From: Methylophaga frappieri
Lineage (GTDB): Bacteria; Pseudomonadota; Gammaproteobacteria; Nitrosococcales; Methylophagaceae
Assembly (NCBI RefSeq): GCF_000260965.1
Contig: NC_017856.1
Coordinates: 1,560,001 to 1,592,000, forward strand
Length of the DNA: 32,000 nucleotides
Direction of reading: 5' to 3'
This document shows positions 1 to 8,442 of this stretch, one piece after another. The notes below the pieces were generated by a model. The model had not been told where the DNA came from. It did not search any database and saw only the letters and a program-made list of their open reading frames with translations. How positions within the stretch are numbered: position 1 is the stretch's first letter; every line of letters starts with the position of its first letter. Position numbers and translations under genes: made by a program.

Positions 1-297
1 GCTATGTGGGTCGATCAGAACCTGATTCTGTCCATGTACCCGGACGTCAATGTCTTCCTGCAGATCTTCGCCAACCCCGGCGAACACGACGCCAAGCGCA
101 TGCTGCTGAATATGATTACCACCAGCCTCTATTTGGGATTGCCGTTGCTGTGGAGTGGGATGATGGCGTGGGCAGGTGTGAAAGTAGGGCGGTCGATTGA
201 CGCCGCAGCGAGCCCCATCAAGGCTCCCGCGCAGGACGCGGGAAACCAGGGGGGAAGTATCGGGAAAATGGCGCTAACCAAGGGCAAGAAGCGTTAA
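1..297 (+). CDS. 3' end of a membrane-protein gene (5' part outside window); family not recognised
   Basis: Frame 1 is open from the window edge. It has a hydrophobic helix LYLGLPLLWSGMMAWAGV followed by a basic tail KGKKR. The stop at 295-297 overlaps the stop of the convergent ORF. Confidence 0.5.
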   Translation, partial: AMWVDQNLILSMYPDVNVFLQIFANPGEHDAKRMLLNMITTSLYLGLPLLWSGMMAWAGVKVGRSIDAAASPIKAPAQDAGNQGGSIGKMALTKGKKR

Positions 298-524
298 TTT
301 TTTTCGTACCAGCCAGCGGCGTCTGTGCCGTCGTCGAGTTTGCCGGTGCGGTAGTTCATAACGCCTCCACGAACAGTATCAGACGACGTTCTTTCAGCGT
401 CAGTGTCTGCACCTTCAGCGAAAAAACCAAGCACATCGCGTAGAAAATGGCCGATGGCGGCTATAACCGCAAAGGCAGCCAACAATACTCGGCGAGTACG
501 GGGTTTTTCCGCTGTAGCGGTCAT
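294..524 (-). CDS. small hypothetical membrane protein (76 aa)
   Basis: The ATG overlaps the stop of the upstream ORF (ATGA at 521-524), which suggests translational coupling. There is one N-terminal TM helix, VLLAAFAVIAAIGHF. No family recognised. Confidence 0.4.
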   Translation of the reverse strand: MTATAEKPRTRRVLLAAFAVIAAIGHFLRDVLGFFAEGADTDAERTSSDTVRGGVMNYRTGKLDDGTDAAGWYEKN

Positions 525-799
525 GATTCCTCCTCAAACTCCACTGAATTAAAGCGCAGGACGTTACAATTTTCCTTGACCGCGCGTTGCATGGATTCGT
601 CAAATCCGTCACGGCTGCTGGCTTCAATCTCAACCGAAATTTTGACATTGACGCCAAGCTTGGCCGTGAACTGCTGAACGACTTCATCCATGATTGTAGC
701 AAAGTCCATTTTGGCTTTGACCGGGTCAAGCGAGATGGTTCCGTAAAATTGCTTTTTGGTCGCGGCTGGTGTGGGTTGGCTGTTTTGAATGCTCTCGCG
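521..799 (-). pseudogene. C-terminal stub of a large NTPase-type gene (DUF499-like tail), 5' part missing
   Basis: The frame is open only from the TAG at 800-802. The translation KKQFYGTISLDPVKAKMDFATIMDEVVQQFTAKLGVNVKISVEIEASSRDGFDESMQRAVKENCNVLRFNSVEFEEES resembles, from memory, the extreme C-terminal tail of roughly 1000-aa DUF499-type ATPases found in restriction-like defence loci. The rest of such a protein is absent. The stub abuts the stop of the AT-richer gene at 827. An ATG at 709 could still give a 62-aa product. Confidence 0.4.
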
Positions 800-826
800 C
801 TAGGCCACTACGGCTTTTATTTGCAT

Positions 827-2347
827 TTAATTACATTTTGAGCGAATAGCGTTTAAAGCCCATGCTCTGTCAGATGCCGGAGGTGCAGGCCTTTCGCTTA
901 ATTTTCTCACAGCTTTGTAATATTCATCAAAATCAGCTTCAAATAATTGGCGCTCTTTACTGCTAAGCACCTTGAGGGCTTCTCTTTCAAAACATAAACA
1001 ATATTTTTTACTGGGATCATAGGTGTTCATACAGGACCCATACAATGAAGATTTGGATTTACTACTTTCAGCAACAGCGTTCTCTAAAACAATACCCGCC
1101 TTTTGCAAAGAAGGCTGTCCTTTTGCTGCGCGCAGAAAGTTTTCCCTTAGCTGGTAAACAGCAGATGTCTCGCAGCCACCTGATGATGCGATAAAGCGAG
1201 ACAATTGATGGATGGGTTCATTATTGATTGCGCCGCCTAGAACGTCGGATAAACCGCGTCCCCTTGATATCGAAGTATTTGCCTGACTTTGCAGTGTTCG
1301 TTTCTGTTGCTGCATAAAGCTGGAGACATCATCTTGATAGGCATCGTAGAGCTCAATGAATTTCGGATCAATCAGTGCGCTACGCTCAACCGGAGTATCC
1401 TTATAGCCATCACTGTAAACATTCCATGTGACATATCCTCGCTTTACCGTGTTGGCCGGAAGATAGGGTTTACAGCTATCTGAATAGGCCCATTGCATGG
1501 CTGAAAAATATACTTTGAACGTTTTGGATGATGTATCGCTGAAATTACCCTCAAAAACATCCTTGACCGTACCGCTAAATTGAAGACGATCCCAAAACTC
1601 CTGATCCTTAACCACTTGTTTTCCGAGCGCTGGGTTAATTTCTGGTTTCGTTATAGCAATTTCAGCCTGACGTTTACTTCGAAGGCTGGCAATCGTAGAA
1701 GGCAGTTTCTTTCTTTTTGTATCCTGCGTACCTTTTGCATAATGTATTTTTGGCACCCCTGTTTTTCCAAGTGCCTCATAAGCAGGCCGCATGGGTGATC
1801 TTTGATTTTTTCTCTCAAAATTCAAGCCTGTTATCCATTGTTCCGGCTCTTCAAGGTCTGGATTTGGTGATTGCGTGCTTAGTGGTGAGCCGGAGAAATA
1901 TTCACCTTTCGAATATACAAGAATTCTTAAGTAATTCTTTTCTCGGCGCTCTGGAAACTTCTCATCTACCGGACCAATAATATGCTGATTGACTAGATCA
2001 ATTTCATTTTGACCGTAGCGCTTTCCTTCAATCGGATTGCCATTATAGTCTTTTATTTGTTGTGGCAGAAAGCTGACAAGCGTTCCATCCGGAGCCGCCT
2101 TTCGAAATGCAATCACCCTAAAATTAGCTTTTTTATCACTGGCATCCAAACCGTTAAGAGCATTGTAGTCACTGGTCATATAAACCCCGTAATAGGCGTT
2201 CGTTCCGTCCGAATATAAAAGCTTCCCATCAGGTAAATTCCGCTCTTTTAACGGGTTTGCCAGAGCGATGCCGCTAAATTGCATCAGGCAAAGCAGCATG
2301 AAGAGAATTTTTTGTCTTAACCTGAGAGGCTTAAATTGATAGCGCAT
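827..2347 (-). CDS. Sec-exported protein, 2-Cys C-terminal module family (member A, 506 aa)
   Basis: ATG at 2347 and leader MRYQFKPLRLRQKILFMLLCLMQFSGIALA. The mid-domain (LLYSDGTNAYYG, YGQNEIDLVNQHI, RPAYE) is shared with 11280..13742. The C-terminal module (VFEGNF, YSDSC, GGCETSAVYQLRENFLRAAKGQPSLQKAG) has Cys codons at 1472-1474 and 1172-1174. An extra YCLC Cys-motif tail follows. Confidence 0.85.
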   Translation of the reverse strand: MRYQFKPLRLRQKILFMLLCLMQFSGIALANPLKERNLPDGKLLYSDGTNAYYGVYMTSDYNALNGLDASDKKANFRVIAFRKAAPDGTLVSFLPQQIKDYNGNPIEGKRYGQNEIDLVNQHIIGPVDEKFPERREKNYLRILVYSKGEYFSGSPLSTQSPNPDLEEPEQWITGLNFERKNQRSPMRPAYEALGKTGVPKIHYAKGTQDTKRKKLPSTIASLRSKRQAEIAITKPEINPALGKQVVKDQEFWDRLQFSGTVKDVFEGNFSDTSSKTFKVYFSAMQWAYSDSCKPYLPANTVKRGYVTWNVYSDGYKDTPVERSALIDPKFIELYDAYQDDVSSFMQQQKRTLQSQANTSISRGRGLSDVLGGAINNEPIHQLSRFIASSGGCETSAVYQLRENFLRAAKGQPSLQKAGIVLENAVAESSKSKSSLYGSCMNTYDPSKKYCLCFEREALKVLSSKERQLFEADFDEYYKAVRKLSERPAPPASDRAWALNAIRSKCN

Positions 2348-2446
2348 CTATTTGTATTCCATTGTCATGTTCATTTAAGGAGAAAGAACTTCCCTTGTGT
2401 TTATAGCTATATAAAATTTATTTGAAAATCAAATAACAGCGGTAAC

Positions 2447-2650
2447 TCAATAAAACGTAACAGAGTCTTTTTCATCCAGTGTGCCACGAAAATCGGCAAT
2501 ATATTCAATATGATAGCATTTTTTGATGAGTGGTCCTTTAAAAGTCGTGAATTTTACCAAGCTCCTATTAAGAATAAGAAAACTGGGCATTTTCCAAAGT
2601 GAGATTTTAATATCATATAACATTGCATCAGTGAGGTCGCAATTGCCCAT
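2447..2650 (-). CDS. doubtful small ORF (67 aa)
   Basis: ATG ORF in an AT-rich spacer. No SD site, leader or family signature seen. Its start abuts the truncated 5' end of the family pseudogene on the other strand. Confidence 0.2.
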   Translation of the reverse strand: MGNCDLTDAMLYDIKISLWKMPSFLILNRSLVKFTTFKGPLIKKCYHIEYIADFRGTLDEKDSVTFY

Positions 2651-3176
2651 TGGCTAATCGTGATGCGCAGACGCTAAGAGAACTGGATCAGCAATACACC
2701 CAGGGGTTTAAGCCCTTTATTGCCCTGGCGGGCAAAGCCATGTCGATGATTAACACCAATGCCAGATAGGATTCTGCAAGTTTTTCACGCAATATGACGG
2801 CGGTAAATCCTTTTTTTTCCAGCTATATGTTGAACTATCAGAAAACTTACCCTGACTGTCTGGGTGCCGATCGATTTATCGCTACTGTCAGCAAAACTAC
2901 AACTGAAACCAGAAAAGATGGTTTTGGTTTTGAAATCTCGCGCAATGCCTGGACAGAATACGATAAGTACACCATGCCGCGCCGCCTGGCACCACATTTC
3001 GAAAAATTGTGGCGTTCCAGTTTCAGTGGTGATGCCGTTGCCAGCGATGCGTTATTCAATGATCAAAAATCGGTAAGCTGGTGCGAGGTTTGAAAAAGGT
3101 AACGGAAAAACACAGTTGTGATCACCCGCATATTAAGGCCTTGGAAGCTGGGATGATTGCCTATTACTCGCGCTGA
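2635..3176 (+). pseudogene. decayed, 5'-truncated copy of the 2-Cys module family (member G)
   Basis: Only the C-terminal module remains, with no leader or N-domain. YMLNYQKTYPDCLGADRFIATV...GFGFEISR...MPRRLAPHFEKL aligns with YVTYLFRYEDTFPQCMGPNPKSVHIPW...GFGVQSER...VPERLYDRL of 18589..20058. There is an in-frame TAG at 2767-2769. A frameshift near 3065-3075 precedes LVRGLKKVTEKHSCDHPHIKALEAGMIAYYSR (compare FMSKLSCNTPEKSQFEANLFSMYDKH). Cys codons are at 2857-2859 and 3117-3119. Confidence 0.65.
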
Positions 3177-3205
3177 TCATAAGCCAATACTTGAACAGGC
3201 AGTTG

Positions 3206-5020
3206 TCAAAGCGTGCAGCCTTTACAACCAACAACAAAAGGCATCTGCGCTAATATAGCGTTGACTTTCTCTTTCTCGGGCATTGTATTAAATTCAGCCA
3301 GGGCTTGATCAAAATAACCATTCCAATAAAGACGTTTTAAATAGGGTCTTTTGAGGAAGAAGTCCTTTTTCTTAAAAGCGGTGGTGCGTTTAAATTGCTC
3401 TACTTGTTCATGGGATGATGCCAGAGCGCCAACGGCGGCCAAAATGTCATTATGCTTGTAGGTATTTCCATATTTGGTTTCAACGGCATTGGTCCACTCT
3501 GTTGCTTTATCAAATTTTCGTACTTCAATAAAAGCGTCTATAACTCCTTTGTGTCCATATTTATCATCAACAAAGGGGGAGAGTTCGTTAACAGAAGGGT
3601 TGGCGGGTAGATAGGCTGCTAAAACCTCATAAAACTGTTCAACAACAAGCTTGCTTAGTTTTTTTCTTTGTTCTGGTGTCGCAGCCTTGAATTTGGCATA
3701 AGTCTCATCAACCAGTTTGGGTAAGTCTTTGTAATGCTGTAATGCTAGCCCCTTGGCGCTTCTGGAGTTCGCTGCTTCGATGGTCAGTTTCATCATCATC
3801 TCAAGGGGGTTGTCTTTAAAGTGCTTATCAATATACTTGCGCCCATTGTGAATGCTACCCACTGCACCATAGGCTTCAACAAGGCTGCCTGCGGTGAGGG
3901 GCTGAATAAACATATTACCTTCTCCGCTTTTGTAGAACGCTTCCAATCGTTTGATGGTATTCCAGGCTGCATCTTGCATATGCAACTTATGAAATAACCG
4001 TACAAAAATAATATAGTCCCCGTTTGTCCATGATCGTTTTACGGAATATACAAGATTGACAGCTTCCTGCGCCTCTTCTTTTTTCTGAGATTTGACCAGT
4101 TCAACAATGTATCTTTCAAGCAGTTTGTTTTTTGTTTCGGATGAGTGCTGGTCTGATTTTAGATAGGAGATAAGCTGATCTTTTTTGCCTAACTTAGCCA
4201 GGGTTTGGCCAACATACATCGTTTTATTTTTAAGCTCTTTTGGCTTCTGCTTGATCAAATTAACCATATCCTTATAAAAAGCATTGGCATGATTCATCGA
4301 GCCGTATTTTGCAAATAGGTCGGCTGCACCGGATAGAGCACTGACACTTTTCTTTGTATTTACATAAACGTAATCGAAGTGACGTTTCTCAGGTTTGAGG
4401 CCCAGTTTCTCCATCGCTGAAAACAGCGTGGCCGTATCATAGTTGATAAGACCTTTATCCCGAAAAAAGAGGACATCCATTTGTTTATAAGCTGAGAGCG
4501 TTTTTTGTTGCCTTCCAAGTAAACTATAACGCTCTACTTTACTGCTGTAGTTACGCATTATTGAGCTATTATCTTGAGTCATCGGTTGTGAGTTATCGAT
4601 AACAGTTTCAAGACAGGCTGCATCAGGGGCCATGTAGCAGTTGGCATAAAAATCACTCCCTTTTTTCTTTGGAAAACTACGTGAAGGTTTATTGGCGTCA
4701 ACCATAATACGGTTGAGTCCACCCTTACGTTCTACCATAACGATAAAGGGCTGTTCTTTTGCGATGTTGTACTTCAACATACGCTCTGCCTGATCGACAA
4801 ACCAGATGGCAACGCCATTCACTTCTTTGATACGGTCACTAGCCATAAGGCCAGAGGCGGCGCCACTACCAAAAGGATCAATATCAGAGATGTACGCTGT
4901 GTTATAACCTTGTTTAAGCTCGATACCGAGTTTTGCTTCTGCAAATGCAGTTTGGCCAAGAAAAAGCCACATTAACGCTAACAGCGAAAAAGAAGTGCGT
5001 AGAGTTGGTTTAGTCGTCAT
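3206..5020 (-). CDS. Sec-exported PDZ-domain protein with long all-helical (TPR-like) C-terminal region (604 aa)
   Basis: ATG at 5020 and leader MTTKPTLRTSFSLLALMWLFLGQTAFA. PDZ signature LGIELKQ...DPFGSGAASGLMASDRIKEVNGVAI...FIVMVERKG lies at about 4691-4939. The remainder is lysine-rich helical repeats. It lacks the family module. Confidence 0.85.
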   Translation of the reverse strand: MTTKPTLRTSFSLLALMWLFLGQTAFAEAKLGIELKQGYNTAYISDIDPFGSGAASGLMASDRIKEVNGVAIWFVDQAERMLKYNIAKEQPFIVMVERKGGLNRIMVDANKPSRSFPKKKGSDFYANCYMAPDAACLETVIDNSQPMTQDNSSIMRNYSSKVERYSLLGRQQKTLSAYKQMDVLFFRDKGLINYDTATLFSAMEKLGLKPEKRHFDYVYVNTKKSVSALSGAADLFAKYGSMNHANAFYKDMVNLIKQKPKELKNKTMYVGQTLAKLGKKDQLISYLKSDQHSSETKNKLLERYIVELVKSQKKEEAQEAVNLVYSVKRSWTNGDYIIFVRLFHKLHMQDAAWNTIKRLEAFYKSGEGNMFIQPLTAGSLVEAYGAVGSIHNGRKYIDKHFKDNPLEMMMKLTIEAANSRSAKGLALQHYKDLPKLVDETYAKFKAATPEQRKKLSKLVVEQFYEVLAAYLPANPSVNELSPFVDDKYGHKGVIDAFIEVRKFDKATEWTNAVETKYGNTYKHNDILAAVGALASSHEQVEQFKRTTAFKKKDFFLKRPYLKRLYWNGYFDQALAEFNTMPEKEKVNAILAQMPFVVGCKGCTL

Positions 5021-5043
5021 GATGGTCTTCCGTATCCTTGATA

Positions 5044-5265
5044 TTAATACTCTTCCGCCGAGGAGGTTTTAGCATTCGAGGGCGTCATTGGGTTTGATGG
5101 GAAAGGCAAGAAATCTTCCCGATATTCATTTGCGGAAAAGTAATTCAGCGCACGCTGAACGTCCTCATTGTCGAAGAGGTCAGCTGCCAAAGCGATTTGT
5201 GCGATAACCTGATAAGCTTGGCCCATAATATCCGCTTCGCGATTTTGTGTTTCTTCTACAGACAT
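5044..5265 (-). CDS. small leaderless hypothetical protein (73 aa)
   Basis: ATG ORF whose stop lies 23 nt upstream of the start of the PDZ gene on the same strand. It is acidic with no leader. The SD is weak and an alternative start exists at 5226. Confidence 0.45.
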   Translation of the reverse strand: MSVEETQNREADIMGQAYQVIAQIALAADLFDNEDVQRALNYFSANEYREDFLPFPSNPMTPSNAKTSSAEEY

Positions 5266-5352
5266 TTTTTTACCAATATTTCTTCTACAAATAGGGTTGA
5301 AATACTCTGGGTTCTATTTCTTGAGCTTACACCATTGAGCTTTCTCTGCCAT

Positions 5353-5369
5353 CTAACCATCCTGGTTAG
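5353..5369. repeat. palindrome CTAACC-N5-GGTTAG overlapping the kinase stop codon
   Basis: Perfect 6-bp arms with a 5-nt spacer. It shares the CTAACC arm with the palindromes at 6774 and 7624. No T-run follows, so it is not a classical terminator. Confidence 0.3.
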
Positions 5370-6700
5370 GATCTCATAGCCGCGTTAAAATGCAATGTAG
5401 CCCTGAGCCCCGGGTTAGCATTTTCCAGCGACAGCTTTGCGCCATGACGGATCGCAACGGCTTCCACATGGCGCAGACCAAATCCATGCCCGCCTGAATC
5501 CTGGCGACGGCCTAAAGCTGCCAGCAGATCCAGCGTTGTATCCTCAATGCCGGCCCCATAGTCACGCACACTTAACGAGAACCGGTAACCATCGTGTTTG
5601 AGCGTTATCAGTACCGTTGAGCCAGGTGGTGCGTATTTCAATGCATTTGAAATCAGGTTGACCAAGGCACTCTCAATAAGTGGTCTGGATCCCAGTATTT
5701 CTGCCATCTCGCATAAGATCTCCTGTTTCAAGGTGACAGCGCTTTCTTCAAACGCATCAGCATAGAGTTGAACAACCGATTGTACGACGCTCTCAAGATT
5801 GAGCGGCTTCATGGCAAAGCCTGGTGTTGCCTCGATTTTTGCAAGCTCCAGAATATGGGTGACGAGTTCAATCAGCTGGTCAGCTTCAGCGGCGATCTCG
5901 GTATTGCCAGCGGCGACTATCTGATTGCGTAGATTCGATATGGCGTGATTAAGCTCGTGTGCTGCGACCTGGCTGTAGGATTCAAGGCCGTGCAGCAGGC
6001 GCTCGACTTCAGCCAAAGCCTTGTCAATATTGACAGACAATTGTGAAAGCTCATCACCAGACCCAGCCTTCGGTGTTGAAAAAATTCGGGCAGACAGGTC
6101 GCCTTCCTCAATGCGTTGAAAAACAGCATTGATACGTCTAATTCTGCTACGAAAGCGGTGATTGAGGGATCCCAAAAGAAGAGAGCTACAAAGACCGAGA
6201 AAAATAACAGCCACTATCATCACTGGAACAAACCAATGATTCAATGACTCTCGCGCACTCAGGCGGCGGCCGACGACAAGCGCAAAATCCGGTTCAATAT
6301 GAACGCGGTGTAGAAGCAATGGGCCTGCGGCTATTCCAATGTCTACGCCATCCAGTTCTATCCAGGGATCTGACGGGTGATTCGGCATTCGTTCCGCATT
6401 GCCGATGATCTTTTCGCCATTGGAATTAGCCAGCAAATAGACTGCGCCGTTTTCCCCACTTTCATCTCCCGATAGGCGTATACCTATGTTCTTCATTAAA
6501 ATAGTAATGTCGGGAATAATGCCGCGCTCTGGCGCCCGTTCCAGCATAACCGCTATGTCGCGAGATACATCCTCTTTGACTGATCGCTCAACCGCAATAT
6601 TGATCGCGCTGTAGGCCGTAACCCCGGCAATCAAGGCAACCAGTAGGGTCACCAGTATATTGATGAGTAGAGCAACAACGATTGGATTTCTGGCTCGCAC
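5366..6700 (-). CDS. membrane sensor histidine kinase (444 aa)
   Basis: GTG start with GGGAGGG SD. Two TM helices flank a periplasmic segment of about 130 aa. HAMP-like segment RIRRINAVFQRIEEGDLSARI, H-box AAHELNHAISNLRNQ, N-box LVNLISNALKYAPPGS, G1 VRDYGAGI, G2 GGHGFGLRHV. Confidence 0.9.
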   Translation of the reverse strand: MRARNPIVVALLINILVTLLVALIAGVTAYSAINIAVERSVKEDVSRDIAVMLERAPERGIIPDITILMKNIGIRLSGDESGENGAVYLLANSNGEKIIGNAERMPNHPSDPWIELDGVDIGIAAGPLLLHRVHIEPDFALVVGRRLSARESLNHWFVPVMIVAVIFLGLCSSLLLGSLNHRFRSRIRRINAVFQRIEEGDLSARIFSTPKAGSGDELSQLSVNIDKALAEVERLLHGLESYSQVAAHELNHAISNLRNQIVAAGNTEIAAEADQLIELVTHILELAKIEATPGFAMKPLNLESVVQSVVQLYADAFEESAVTLKQEILCEMAEILGSRPLIESALVNLISNALKYAPPGSTVLITLKHDGYRFSLSVRDYGAGIEDTTLDLLAALGRRQDSGGHGFGLRHVEAVAIRHGAKLSLENANPGLRATLHFNAAMRS

Positions 6701-6762
6701 TGTCCCTCCCTAAGATGGGTATGCTGATACGCAATTTCTGCTTATTATTGGCGAAGTGTTGG

Positions 6763-7617
6763 TTACTCGTCACCTAACCGATTGGGTTGGTTTGCTTGTT
6801 GTCGTTCCATTGATGTGGCCACGGTTTTGGCATTGCCACTGATGAAAACCAGTACATCAATCCCTGAATCACCATTATTCTGCAGGTTGATTTCGATTTC
6901 AGAATGGTCGCCTGGTGGGACAAAGCAAGGCAGCCGCGCTGCAGTCGTCTCCGGGCAAATGACACTTTTCCAACTTTCTTCATTTTGGGCATAACGCGAG
7001 ATGTTCATGGTGATTTTGGCTGCTGTTTCAAGGTGTTGATGGCCGGCAGGTTGGGCGTAGATCGTTGTGCCTTGACTTCCATCAACAGGTAATCTGATGC
7101 TGTCTTTTTCAGCAGGGGAGAGGGTTGCTTGTACTTCCAGCCCTATGGTCATTTTGACTTCCCGCAGGCTGCCAATGATGCCGGCAAATCCACCAAGTAG
7201 ACTGGGCTGCGTAGCTGGCGTTAGAGGAGATAACTGTTCAATTCGGCGAAGCGTGTCTTCATCATCGGCAGCCATACGGTTGGCAGCCTCTACCATGTCG
7301 CGAGCTGACGCCAGGATTGCTGATCGGCGTTGGTCAGATTTGAGATCAAAACGGTGAGTGTTTTGTTCCAGAGTGTTTGAGTCAAGCTGTTCAACCAGGT
7401 TCAAGCGCGATTTTGCGGCGCGCGCCATGCCATAGGCGTCACCTGCCGCTTGTCGATCCAAAAAGCTGACCTCGGACTGGTAAAGAGCACTCGCAAGCGA
7501 AGAGTCAAAAGGGCTCGAAGCGTCATATGATAATTTTGGAGGTGTCTTTGTTTGCGTAAGGCATCCGGTGATCAGTAGGGAGGTAAGCCCCAAGGTTAAT
7601 AGTCTGGAATAGCTCAA
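6763..7617 (-). CDS. lipoprotein of unknown function, first gene of the kinase operon (284 aa)
   Basis: TTG start. Leader MSYSRLLTLGLTSLLITGC contains the lipobox LITGC. Its stop lies 62 nt upstream of the kinase start on the same strand. No family recognised. Confidence 0.7.
   Translation of the reverse strand: MSYSRLLTLGLTSLLITGCLTQTKTPPKLSYDASSPFDSSLASALYQSEVSFLDRQAAGDAYGMARAAKSRLNLVEQLDSNTLEQNTHRFDLKSDQRRSAILASARDMVEAANRMAADDEDTLRRIEQLSPLTPATQPSLLGGFAGIIGSLREVKMTIGLEVQATLSPAEKDSIRLPVDGSQGTTIYAQPAGHQHLETAAKITMNISRYAQNEESWKSVICPETTAARLPCFVPPGDHSEIEINLQNNGDSGIDVLVFISGNAKTVATSMERQQANQPNRLGDE
6774..6790. repeat. imperfect palindrome CTAACC-GATTG-GGTTGG between lipoprotein and kinase genes
   Basis: Same left arm as 5353 and 7624, with one mismatch in the right arm. 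It shares CTAACC..GATTG with the 7624 copy. Confidence 0.25.
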
Positions 7618-7623
7618 AAGTGT

Positions 7624-7641
7624 CTAACCTCGATTGTTAGG
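7624..7641. promoter_or_regulatory. palindrome CTAAC-N7-GTTAG in the 82-bp divergent intergenic region of the two-component locus
   Basis: Lies between the lipoprotein start (7617) and the regulator start (7700). This is a candidate operator position and the third copy of the CTAACC arm. Confidence 0.3.
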
Positions 7642-7699
7642 TGCGGAAAGCGTGTTTTCGGGGTACTCTGGCCAAGATGATATAGGAAAGCGAAAGGAA

Positions 7700-8428
7700 A
7701 TGTCTGAAACCAGTAACGTACTCATTGTTGAGGACGACCCGGTAATTGCATCGCTGATGGCTGATGTTGCTGGCGAACTTGGCTATGGGATTAGTCAAGC
7801 AGAAACCCTCGACCAGGCCAAGCGGCAGAGCGTCACGCAGCTGCCTGATCTGGTTATTCTCGACCGGATGCTGGGGGACGGTAGCGAGGGGCTCGATTAC
7901 ATCGAGTGGCTGAACGCACTGGAGGGAAAGCGCCCTGGGATTCTCATCGCCAGCCGCCTGAGCTCTGTGAGTGACCATGTGCTGGGCTTAGAGACGGGCG
8001 CTGATGATTACATCAACAAGCCATTCGAACGCGAAGAGTTGAGGGCGCGCCTGCGTGCTGTTGCGCGTCGTGCAGCGTCCAATCGAGCACCGGCGAGTGT
8101 GCTGATTTTTGACACACTCGAAATCAGAAAATCGAGCGCCCAGGCGTTGGTCAACAACACACCACTACCGCTTCGCCCGCAATCATTTGCACTGTTGAAG
8201 GCGATAGCCGAACGCCAGGGAGAGTGGGTCAGTCGCAAGGCGCTTTGGCATGAAGTGTGGACGGATTACAAAAACCTGTCGCCGCAAGACACGGTTATCA
8301 ATACCGCCATTAGCCGTTTACGGGGTGTGTTGTCTGCCGTAGAGGGCGCACCGGAGATTGTCAGCGAAAACTTGGGCTACCGTCTGGTGAGCCAGAATGA
8401 CAGACTTTTGGACTCTGAAACTGTATAG
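7700..8428 (+). CDS. OmpR/PhoB-family response regulator (242 aa)
   Basis: Trimmed to the ATG at 7700 (AAAGGAAATG). Receiver: VLIVEDDP, DLVILDRML (acceptor Asp), GADDYINKPF. Winged helix: LRPQSFALLKAIAERQGEWVSRKAL...INTAISRLRGVL...GYRL. Confidence 0.9.
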   Translation: MSETSNVLIVEDDPVIASLMADVAGELGYGISQAETLDQAKRQSVTQLPDLVILDRMLGDGSEGLDYIEWLNALEGKRPGILIASRLSSVSDHVLGLETGADDYINKPFEREELRARLRAVARRAASNRAPASVLIFDTLEIRKSSAQALVNNTPLPLRPQSFALLKAIAERQGEWVSRKALWHEVWTDYKNLSPQDTVINTAISRLRGVLSAVEGAPEIVSENLGYRLVSQNDRLLDSETV

Positions 8429-8442
8429 GGAAATCATTAACT

